A stretch of DNA of 63,790 bases, the filler included, from Trichosphaerium sp. ATCC 40318 (taxonomy: Eukaryota > Protista > Tubulinea): NCBI GenBank assembly GCA_038496445.1. It is 5 parts of 5 records of this genome, joined end to end, with 100 filler letters (N's around TTAATTAATTAA, not from the genome) between each part and the next. Parts side by side here need not be neighbours in the genome. Positions count along the whole stretch, not along the records: positions 1 to 17,117 come from JALMLS010000524.1; 4 more parts are not named here. The stretch is one strand, 5' to 3'. Positions within the stretch are counted from its first letter, which is position 1. The number at the start of each line of letters is the position of its first letter. Positions 1 to 11,300 of the stretch are shown in pieces. Both the position numbers and the translations under genes were made by a program. The notes below the pieces were generated by a model. The model was not told where the DNA came from. It ran no database searches and saw nothing but the letters and a program-made list of their open reading frames with translations.

Positions 1-77
1 ACCACGGCATTCACACGTTATAGGGTTTGTAAAATCGCAGCCAAACTAAACGTTTTAGCGAGAAGCGTTTATACAAT

Positions 78-332
78 CTAAAAAAAGTCGTTTACGTTCT
101 GATATTTAAACGAATAGAGCTCTGGGTTTATCTTTGAGCGTTTAACTCTCACGTGGTGCTCTGTTTGAAGAGAAACAGTTACACCCTTCTCTCCTAAGCG
201 TTGCGTGTTCTCTCGAAGGTATTTTTGTACTTGAAGAGGCTCTATTAATGAAATTTGTATCAGAAAGGATTTAAAGCGTTGGTCGGTGCTTGTACCATGT
301 TCTCTTTTGAAATTGTGTTTCTTGGCGCTCAT
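78..332 (-). CDS. 5' part of an unidentified gene running towards the contig start
   Basis: 84-aa ATG ORF divergent from the next gene; no recognisable motif. Confidence 0.3.
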   Translation of the reverse strand: MSAKKHNFKREHGTSTDQRFKSFLIQISLIEPLQVQKYLRENTQRLGEKGVTVSLQTEHHVRVKRSKINPELYSFKYQNVNDFF

Positions 333-436
333 TGCACTTATTCTGTGATTGTTGCAAGTTGTTTCTTAGTTCAAATTGTGTTTACCAATCGTTGACTTTT
401 GAGGCTACCCACTAGCAATAATAATAGCGCTATACT

Positions 437-1738
437 ATGGCAGAATCTCCATCTGTCGCGCAATGGAGCAGTTTTGCGTGCGGTTTAGTCGATTTGAGGT
501 ATCGTTGAAATAAAAATTGCTGTGACACTGCTGTAAACACGCGCTAGGACTACTGAAGAGTTTTTTGAGCGTCATGTAGTAGAATCAACTTTAATTCCGT
601 CAGAAAACTTGATCGAGCGCGGTATGTGGTAATATAGACGAAACTTAGTGTTTGTAGTTATGGAATTGCCACCTAAGGTATTAATTATTTAACAACACTC
701 TAAAAACGCGGAATAGCACTCAAAAATTGCCTTACTTGGCTCTGAAAAACAAATGGATGAGGTTAGATTGTTATTTAACTACTACGTACTAATTTCGTCA
801 ATACAGGCGGAAACTGAACTTGTAAACCGTAAATATATATATATCAGCGAAATATGAATCTACTGAGGAGTTTTGGAAGAGCGCAGAGGAAGCAGGCGTT
901 GTGGAAAAACAGTCTGCCAAGTCAAAAATGTAAATATGCATAGTTCTTTGTCTCCACCTCTCTAATTGGCATATTCCAGGTTGTGGTTAGCATCACCTGT
1001 TCTGTATGGGGTAATTGATAGAATAGAAGCATTGAGGAAAGAGTCTGGACTACCAAAGGGTGGTGTTGCACTTGATATTGCTTGTGGAAACGGTAAGAAA
1101 AAAATGAGAATAAAATATATTTGTTATTGGTAAATCCTTATTTGTGTTTTGTAGGGCGTGATTTGATGTTCCTTGAAATGAGAGGCTGGAAAACTATAGG
1201 GTTAGATAATAGTGAAAAACAGCTTGGACGTGCTAAGAGAACAGCTCCTTATTACAAAGTTAATCCTCGACTTGAAAATATCGATTTAATTAAAGAGTAT
1301 ACCATTGCAGAAAGGTTTGGTCCCGTTGATTTGGTAAATGTTGCACGATTCCTTCAGCGTAATTTATTTGATGAGATAAAGTACGTACTTGGTATTGAAA
1401 CCTATTTTTCAAGCTTGTTTGATTTGTCAAACGAAAGATGTTAAGGTTGATATATTTATGGCTTATTGGTTTATCTAGAGCTTCTCTGAAGTGTGGAGGA
1501 TTTGTTGTCTATCATACTTTCATGTTTGGTTGTAAAAAGCCTCGTAGAGAACGGTTTCTTTTACAACCAAATGAGCTAGCATCTTTTTTTAAAGGTAAAC
1601 AAAACAAAAAAGACAAATCAAGCTATTCCTTCTTTACCAATGACATAAATAGGTTGGGAAATTATTGAAGATAAGACTGTGAATATAGAAGATGGTAGAG
1701 AACTATCCTACTTTTGTGCCAGAAAACCCACAGAGTAA
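437..1738 (+). CDS. Rhodanese-like plus class I SAM-methyltransferase (TehB-like) protein, multi-exon
   Basis: Spliced exons read LVDLR/TTEEFFERHVVES (rhodanese-like N-terminus), ALDIACGNGRDLMFL (SAM motif I), GGFVVYHTF; short GT-AG introns. Confidence 0.75.
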
Positions 1739-1825
1739 ATTTTATGAGAAGAAAAAAAAAAGAAAAAACAAATTTACATAACGAAATAAAACCAACAATC
1801 TTCCGTTTTCTCTAACACATGTGCC

Positions 1826-2742
1826 TTAATTTAAACAAATACATCGCTCAAAACAGGGATATATATAAGCTATTGGATAGGGTATTGTTTGGTGTAAATA
1901 GATGCCTTTCAGGCGTTTAAAAAATTATTTACTTTTTTTCTTCTTCTCTTTTTTTTGTTGCTTTTTTGAACGCAGAAACAAAACTAGAAATTTGCATTGC
2001 ATCAGGAGGAAAGCATCCAGGATGTTTAATCATCTCGCCCATAAGTTCACCAGCAATCTTTTGTTCATTATGAACAGACGTTAACGCTAAAAGACGCGTT
2101 AAAGCAGAAATATCATTAAACAACGATCATAAGCTTAAAAAATGACTTCACGCTTGTTTTAATACGTACCAAGGAGTGTTGCAAAGCTTGTAGGATTTGG
2201 GATTACTTTCTCTTTATTCATGACTGTGAATAGTGTGAACGCCTGGTGAGGCCTGTCGTATAATCCACAAAGATTAAAGGCGCAATTATATCCGTCTGCC
2301 GTTGGAGATAATCCAAAATCTTCAATGTTTTTAAAAGTTGACAGCGCTTCGTCTATTTCTCCTTGTTCTCCTTGTAGTTCCATTAACGCGATTAGGCTTG
2401 ACTCAGGAGGTTTTGTTGTCTTGTGAAGACGTTCAAATTCTTCATGAGCAAATTTTGCGTCCCTAGAGCGCATAGGTACAATGTTGGAGTGTTGGAGGAA
2501 CAACGTACTTGATGTGGGGTATTTTATCGTTAAACACCTTCCATTTATCTGTTGATACCTCAGAGAGGTCTTTGTACGCTCGTATATCCGCTGCTATTGA
2601 AAATTTAGCAAAAAGACCTCTAGCCACTCACACAACCTGTACAGAACCTTCTTGTTGTTACTCTGACGTTTCCTGAGTATTTTGCTTTGATCTGGGTTTT
2701 ACTTCGCACAGCGGCTACTCTACGCATGTAATGAAGTCTCAT
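1826..2742 (-). CDS. Pentatricopeptide-repeat (PPR) protein, probably mitochondrial; 3' end approximate
   Basis: PPR motifs (GEIDEALSTFKNIEDFGLSPTADGYN; AFTLFTVMNKEKVIPNPTSFATLL); Arg-rich N-terminus MRLHYMRRVAAVRSK. Confidence 0.75.
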
Positions 2743-2826
2743 TGCTTACAATGACACGTCCAAGTGCTTTTTGTACTTAATTGCGGTAGCACTTAGATCA
2801 CATTTTCTTTAGCCTTCAAGGTAACA

Positions 2827-3900
2827 ATGTTGCTTTCGTTATTCTTGTTTTTTTGGAAATCATTCACGTCCATACCGTACACTATTTTACGTGTACTCTA
2901 TTGTGACGTTATTTCACTGCGGTTTGCTGAACAACTGCTTTTTTGTATGACTTTTTCTTTAATTGGACAGCAGTCGATTGTCCAGCGTGTACTAGTTTTG
3001 ACAGTTTTACTTGGTTCCCTTAGGAAACAAATGGATTCCTATGGATAGAACAAATTCCTTTTTAAGAATACAGTCTCAGTTTAGAGTACATTCACAACAA
3101 GACACAACTACTAACAACGATGGCAACATCTCCTCTTTTTTTTCGCTTGTAGCCTGATACCAATGCTCCAGGGGCACAATGGCGGATGGCGTAGAGTTTA
3201 GATATACTGTGTTGAATAACGTACTGTAGAGGGATACTCTCTTTAACAAAATCTTGGTATGCACGTGTAAGAATCTCGTTTTGGTTTGGATCATGTGCAC
3301 ACGACTAGTCAGTTTTTTAATCTATACTAATGGTTACCTAGAACGCTGTTGCGGCTGCCAAGAAAGAAGATTTGTTGAATGCAACACTGGCAGAAGGTGT
3401 CACATCTCCTACTAAAAGAAAACTCGAATGTCGAAACAATAGGCGCTAATAACTCTCAGTGCTAACGAATTCGATAGCAAAAAAGCACTCTGGGTCAGTA
3501 CACAAATGTTAAATAAAAAGACTTTTGTACAAAGTCAAAAGCAGCAATTATTGCTCATTATTATAGAGGCAAACAAATGGTGCAGCGCGCATGTGATCAC
3601 GAATTTGGTAGTGGTTCAAGATGGTCAGATTGTAACATGCCTGAATAAGTTCACAACAAAAGAAAATTTGCTAATGAACTGTTAATATTTTCGTGCAACT
3701 TGTAGAAGGCGCACGTGACAGAGAATAGCTTTAATGAGAAGTATTTTACCATTGGTCGCCGTGGTTACGGAACTGAAGGCCATAGTAATGCGTGTAGCTT
3801 CTCAATAGCTAGTACTTGATCCTACTGTTCACTTCTTTGCGTAAAGCTGAAGTCGTTTCGTAGCACGTGCCAACCGAGAACTTAGCTGTGATTCCAGGGT
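2827..3900 (+). CDS. Possible multi-exon secreted Cys-containing hypothetical protein; exon structure unresolved
   Basis: Hydrophobic N-terminus MLLSLFLFFWKS; short exon-like segments (VDCPACTSFD, ERCCGCQERRFVEC) between splice-like signals. Confidence 0.3.
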
Positions 3901-4039
3901 TTTTTATTTAATTCGATTTACCAAAGTAAAAGTTAATGATGTTGAGATCCTAACCTTGGCATTCTACAATTTTCTATGTATTCGGTGTTAAAGTCAGTTA
4001 CCAAGCTGTAAAAACTGTCTCGCCAAAGCCTAACATGCA

Positions 4040-5232
4040 ATGGAGCGGCTAGAATCTACAAGTTTAGACTCCATAGATGAGATAATACGCAAAGTGAGCA
4101 TCTACAATAGTCTATAGCAGAACTTACGCGTTTGGTAGGTCAAACTATTAGCTGCGTTTATTAAGCAGGCAAAATACATATGCGCATATACTGGGGCTGG
4201 TGTAAGGCCGTTTTATTATATTACAGTCCGTAATACGTTAGTAGATAAGTACAAGCGCCAATATTCCGGACTACACAGGTCCAAACGGTATATGGACTAA
4301 AAAACGCGATTTAAGCTCTTTACGAGAACGTTTTGAATCAGCTCAACCAACTGTACTTTGAAGCCACTAAAACGCTTGATCACTCAATCAATAGGTAACA
4401 CATAATGCATTAGTGACACTAGAGAAGCTAGGGTACTTGAAATTCATTATAAGCACTACAATAGGTACAATGACAAACACGAAAAACACGTGCCTTATTT
4501 TTTTTTGAAGATGGACTTCATCTTCGCTCTGGATTTCCAAGTGTAAAGGCAAGGAGTTTTTGCGAGTGTGGTACGTTACTGATGCATAAAAAGCTTGTAG
4601 AGATGCATGGGAATGCTTATCTAAGGCGTTGTGAAAAGTGTCGAATGAAACAAAAATCGAAATGTTCAATTGGTGCAAGAAACGAAGGTAGCTTGTGGAG
4701 TCATTAAGTTTGTTCTAACATTCATAACTAGACATTCAATGCTCCTGTGGTGGTATCCTAAGTATGTAATAACATCTAATTGTAGTGCTTAACCTACAAA
4801 AGAAGACAGCGTTGTACCCTTTGGTCACGATCTTCCTGAAGTTGAATTTGCTTTAGCCGGAGAGCATTCTTGGAAAGTACGTATTGTTCTTCCACAGTTT
4901 GTTGTAGTTACCTTCGTTTATTTTAGTCGGATTTTGCTTTGGTTCTTGGGACATCAATGCGTGTAGCACCTGCTAATAAGCTACCTTGCTATAGCTATAA
5001 GAAAAATAATGGGAAAATGGTTATTGTGAACCTAGAAGAAACACCTTGTGCGTTTTTGTTTATCAGCATTTACTTGTTACTCTCTTGGTGACAATGTAAT
5101 GGTACTAACTGTTATCTAGTTGATTCAGATGCTACGCTTAAGATTTCTGCTACTACAGACAGAGTAATGTCACTACTAATGGAGGAGCTCGAGAAGAACA
5201 ATGATAAAAACAGTGTGTTTCACAACCTGTAA
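4040..5232 (+). CDS. Sirtuin (class IV, SIRT6/7-like NAD-dependent deacylase), multi-exon
   Basis: YTGAG/ISTSANIPDYTGPNGIWT, DGLHLRSG, EMHGNAYLRRCEKC, LVLGTSMRVAPAN, VIVNLEETP motifs. Confidence 0.9.
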
Positions 5233-5389
5233 TACAAAAAACAGCCTTTAGAAATACTAGGAAAGATGTACTGAAGAGTCAGAGTTAAAACTTCAATTAT
5301 GCCTTTGGTTCTGTGAATTGATGGAAATTTATTGTTGAAATACTTATGTGCTAATTAAAACGCTTGCTTTTGTCTGACCATGTAATCAC

Positions 5390-8300
5390 GCATGTATGCG
5401 GTTAATATACTCTCTCAAGGATTTAGCAAACTCGACGCTACTCAAATGTAGAATCTTGGAAGGTTCTTTTTCGTAGAACGAGCACTCCACCATGCCCTCG
5501 CGTAGCAATGTATTTTGTACGAAGTTACACGTCGATGACCACCGAGCTGGGTGAGTTACGTTAAAAGTCCAGTGAGGAGTGGACTCGTTTTCGAGAGTTG
5601 TTATCCATCTATAGAGCTGAAGTAAGTATCTCGGGTTTTCATTGTAAAGGAAAACAAAAAAAACTTAGACTATTTACCTCTTTAAGGCTTTACGGCCACT
5701 CTGTAAATCGTGGGCTTTGCAAGTTTTGAATACCTTTAGTATCAATGTAGAACGTATGAATAATTCAGGATCACTAAAACAACAAAAGATGTAAGGAGTG
5801 ATTTCCGAAAACAATTGTTTTTTTTTTTTTCAATCATACGACACTTCAAACACGTTTTCTCGTTTTTGTTTTACACCCAGTTTGAGATGCTATAAAAAAG
5901 TCAGTTCTACTTTGATTTATACTATTGGGTAAATTTATACGTACCACAACTAGTGCTAGTACAGTAAGAACACTCGCTTTGGATTTGCCTAGGAGCTTAA
6001 CCATATCTAAAAAGTAGTTGGTAAAAATAGAGCTCTAGACAAGGTCAACTCTTCATTTTGGTAAACTGGGTCAACTCGGGTTTATGCTATCAACAACGTA
6101 CTGCTTGAAGGTTGGGGTATTGAAATTTTAGGTGTAGCCCAAGGCGTCTTGTTTTTTGGTTTTCCTGGATAATTATTGGTGTGAACGATATTCAACTTTG
6201 GGAGAAGACTCATCTCTAAACCTTAGTGTTAGGTAGTGAAAGCAAAAAATCATAATTACCTGGTAAATTATTCTCCTTATGGTAAGGTGAGGGTTTAGCT
6301 CCTTTGCAAATATTTCTTTTTTTCGCTTGTGAGTCATTTTGGGTGTAAATACGCTTACGCTTTTTCAATACTTGAATTTGAGATAAATTGTTGGACATTA
6401 AGTTTGTGTTTTCGTCATGCCGTGAATCTGTACTTAGTAGTGCTTCATGAAATAGCTCTCCGAGGTCTACAGTTGTTTAAAAACTATGAACTTAAAAACT
6501 AGCATACCCTTGCTTGGTATAAATGCAGAGTCCTGGTCAAAAGCATCTCGTGCTGCTGTAGTCGCCAATGGACCAAACCGGAACCCCGTAGGCCTAAACA
6601 AAACGATTACGATCAAGGTCCTTTAACTAAAGATGTTAGGTTTATAAGACGTAACCTAGTTTAAAACGTAATCTAACTGTTTATTAAGGTCTTTACAACA
6701 TTAAGTCAGGTCAATCCCGATATATATAGTCTTAGAGCGTCACAGATACTCCCTCACTAGGACGAAGCTGGTAAAAAAGAACGCGCAGTCCGAAAAATAC
6801 GGTTACGCGAAAAGACAAAAAAAAAATTTCGCAAATTCAAGATTATGTCGCTTGAAAACACGTTATTTGTTTTAGTTTTATACGCTTGCAGATCGTAATC
6901 TTGCGTATGGTAGAGGACACAATTTAGCCAGCCGGGTGATTACTTTTACCGAAGGCGAGTCTTTTATGGTGACTACTTTTACCTTGGCGAATCTTTTGTT
7001 GGCCGCTTTTTCTATTGGCGAGTCTTTTATGGTGACTACTTTTACCAATTATTGTGTGGTAAGTTTTAGCGATTGTTTTACACGCATAAGCTACGACTCA
7101 AGTCGCGCCACTGTGAGATCACAGAGCGAAAGCTAAAATTTATACTTACTCTGCCATGAGAGAAATCCTTAACAGCTTTTATGAGTGGAGCTAAAAGCTA
7201 CAACAACTCAGCGGTGGAATTCTTCTTTAGGCTTAGCCTCTAGCGCCAGTGATATAGTATCATCTGTGGAGTTCAGAGAACTCGTAAACGCTTGACTTGT
7301 ACGTGATTGACATCTTTAGCGGACACCTTTGTTATTTCGTAAGCGAAAACTTTTTCAAAGTTATCCGTGAAATCCGTAATTAACGAAACTAACGACTTAT
7401 CTGATTTAACCTTCTTAATCCTCGTGTGAAACATCTTACGCCGTGCATTAGAGCGAATGAAATCGTTTGATTGATCTACCAGAACACTGTTAAGCTGTTT
7501 TTTAAATACTGAAATTAATTTCTGATTCAAATTGTCTTTTTCTTTATATTCTTCTATGCTGTTTCGTATTGATGCGAGTAGATGTTGTAGCTCCATGAAT
7601 CCTAGTTTCTCCTTTGATTTGCGAATACGCGATCCGCCCAATGTAGAAGGGTTTCCTGTTGAGTCAGGTACTGGTATGTATGTAGTTGTTTCTGAGTCAT
7701 CGTCTTCGTTAATTGTGTTTTGTTGTTGATCTTTTTGATTAGGTTGTAATCGATCTTTCCGTCCATTATATTTCCGTAATCTTTCCACGTGAAAAGGGGT
7801 GTCGAACGATAGGCCGTCATCATCTTTGAGCCAATAATCATTCTTCCGTCGTTGAGTTATTGTAAAAGGCCCTTCCATCATATGTACAAATTTCTTCGCA
7901 AATCCATATTCTGTAGGCCGCATGCGTAATAATAAGACGTGGTCACCGACTTTGTATTTTATGTGGCTTCGTTTTTTATTGTATCTTTCTGTTTGTCGTT
8001 TTTGTGCTTTTGTTCTCGCCTCTTGCGCTAATTTATGACATCGTTTGAAAGTATCTGCTAATTTCTTTATCCACGCACTTATATTCAGATTTGCACTTGG
8101 ATATAAGCCTAATGCTTGATCTGTAGGTTTAACTGCACGACGACCGAATACCAAAGAAAAAGGTGTTTGTTTTAGTTTGGCGTGTTCAGTTGTATTGTAA
8201 GCAAAAGTGCAAGAGGAAACAAATTCGTCCCAATTAGTTTGATAGGAGTTGACAAACATTTTTATCATTTGTGAAATGGTATGATTAAATCTTTCAACTA

Positions 8301-11300
8301 ATCCGTTGGCTTGTGGATGGTACGCTACCGTTTTACGATGATCAATATTGACCAGCTTAACGAGGTCATCCACAACTCCTTCGAATTCTCCGCCACGGTC
8401 TGAAATAAAACTACTTGTGGCACCGTGTATTGAAATTAAATGATCAAAAAGAGCACGAGCTACGGTTTTACTTCTTTTATCGCGAATAGGAATTGCAATT
8501 GCGTATCGCGTAAAATAATCGATAATGGTTAAAATGTATTGGTTACCTTCGATCGTTTTTGGTAATTTTCCAATTAAGTCCATCGCTACTACTTGAAACG
8601 GATGGCTAGCGTGTATCGTCTCCATAGGTGCACCAGGCTTCAGCTGTCGTGAAACTTTACCGGTCTGACACAAGGAGCAAGAGGCGACATATTGTTCTAT
8701 ATCGGTTTTCATCCCTTTCCACCAATATTTCGATCTTATTGCTTCGTAGGTTCTGTTAAAGCCAAGATGGCCAGACGTTGGTATATCATGGTGTTGTTCT
8801 AATATATCAGGCACAAAGCGTTCAGGAACAACTCTTTGTAAGTGAGGGATTTGTGGTTCATGTCTTCTAGGCGCGCGGGTTTTGCATAATATACCATATT
8901 CATCTAATATCATCTGCTTAGTAGCGTTCTTTAGTTGCTGATATTTGTCGTAATGTTTGAAAGCGTTGTTGTCTTGAAGTACATGTATTAGCTTTGATAT
9001 TTGTGGGTCAAGGCGTTGCTGATGGAAAAATCTCAGCTGTGTATCCGGTACTTCTTTGTGATCTGCGGACACGTTGAAGACGTTGATATTTTTGACTTGG
9101 ACAATCGGTTGTCTTGATAATGCGTCGCTGTCAGAGTTATCATCTCCTTTTCTGTGATGTATAGTGAAATTGAACTCTGATAAATATATTGACCATCGTA
9201 TGCATTTAGCGTCTGGGTTAGAGGTTCGTGTAAATTGTAATAGAGCTTTATGGTCAGTGTAAATGGTAAAAGGTTTGTAAAGGAGGTAGACGCGAAATTT
9301 TCGACATGCGGCTACTACTGCTAATGCTTCTTGGAGAAACGTATGATAACGCTGTTCTGTAGGTGTGAGTGCGCGTGAATAATACGCAATAACGCGCTCA
9401 TTTCCATTTTCATCTTTTTGTACTAGCGTAGCGCCTATACCTTGGTTGCTAGCATCGGTATGTAATTCAAAAGGTTTTTCAAAGTCAGGATAAGCAAGAA
9501 TAGGTGCCTCAGTTAAAGAAGTTTTTAATTGTTCAAAAGCTTTTTGTTGAGACATAGACCACATCCACCTCGCATTTTTCTTAATTAACAGACGAAGTGG
9601 TGCAGCAATTGTAGCTAAATCTTTAACGAAACGTCCGTAATAATTTACTAAACCCAAAAAGGAACGTAATTGTTTTTTGGTTCGAGGACGTTTGCAATTT
9701 TTCACTGCTGAAATTTTTGAAGGACAAGGTTTTACGCCTTCTGCTGAAACAACGTGTCCTAAATACTGGACTTCTTTTTGTAAAAATTTGCATTTCTTGG
9801 GTTTAAGCTTAACCCCAAATTGTTTACATCGATCTAAAACGAGACAAAGTTTTTGAATATGCTCTTCAAAAGTTTTTGAAAAAATTATAATGTCGTCCAT
9901 ATAAACTAAGCAATGTTGCCAATTTAATCCGGCCAAAACAAGATTGACGTATCTTTGCCAGGTAGCAGGGGCATTAGAAAGTCCCATGGGGCATCACTAG
10001 CCATTCATATAAGCCGTTTTTAGTAGTGAAAGCCGTTTTGTCTATGTCCGGTTCAAACATCTTTAGTTGATGGAATCCTGAGGTAGCATCCATAACAGAG
10101 AAATAGACAGCACCTATTAAAGCGTCTAGGGCGTCATCTATGCGAGGCAAAGGATATACGTCCCTTTTTGTTACCTCGTTCAATGCTTTGTAATCTATAC
10201 AAAAACGTAAAGTACCATCCTTCTTGGGAACAACCACTACTGGTGCTGCCCAAGGAGAACGAGAAGGACGAATAAGACCTTTTTTTAAATATTTTTCTAC
10301 AAATTCTTTTATAAACTTATTATAATGAGGCGGAAAGCGCCGTGGTGGAAAAGAAATAGGATCAGACTTGGTGTCTATTTTAAATTCAACTGCTGTATCA
10401 TGTACCTCTTCAATTTCATCTGCGAATTGTTTTTCGTAGTAGCACAGTACTTTAATTAATTTTTGTTTTTGTTTGTCCGTGCATTGAGCTTCCTGTATAT
10501 GTTTGCTAAATTTCTTTTTTATATAGTTAACGAACTTTTCTGAAGGTTTATATTCATCAAAGTCCTTCAGAGCTTGAAGATTGTCAAGAGTAACAGTTTT
10601 CGCAAAAATAGGTAAAGAGGAAAATACTCCCAGTCTAGTTTTAGCTGGAATTCTTATGGTGTTTCTAGACGTATTACAAACCTCCATCAAAACCGCTTGT
10701 TCGTCTACAACGGTAAGCGTGTTAGACACAGCTAAACCACGATAGTGACGTAACAGTTTGTTAGTAGGCCATGCTACACCTTGAGCACCATTTTTAAAAA
10801 TACTATTTTGACCCGCCAAATTCATTTTAAAAGCAACCACTTTTCCTGGTTGTAATACGTAATTTTGAGCAGTTCGAATTGGCGTAGTATATTTTTTTGA
10901 AGATCTGTTTTTATTTATAAGTGGTAGCCAACCACGTGAAAAAGTTAAACGTTTTTGATGTATTGAAATTTCGGCTTTGGTTTTTGATAAAATGTCGCGT
11001 CCTATCAGAAAGTTTTCTTTTAAATTTTCCGCGACAAAAGGTGAAAAGTTTTTTAAAGTGTATACCGGTCCAAATGTTAGTGTTAAAGGTTGTGACGTAC
11101 CTGCTATCTTTATCTCCAATTCGTTCGCTGCCTCAGCCTTTGCATCTGTTGGAGAAAGAGTTAGTCTAAGGCGAGAGGCCAGTTCTTCGCTTAGTAGCGA
11201 ATGAGAACAGCCAGAATCCACCAACGCTACTATAGAGTAACCATTTATTTGTATAATCACATGTGCGGCAGGTTCATCATCTATGTCTTTCTGCACATTG

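Noticed and set aside
6936-7047. CRISPR-like array
   Set aside because: Only two to three degenerate units with no unique spacers or cas genes, inside a retrotransposon.
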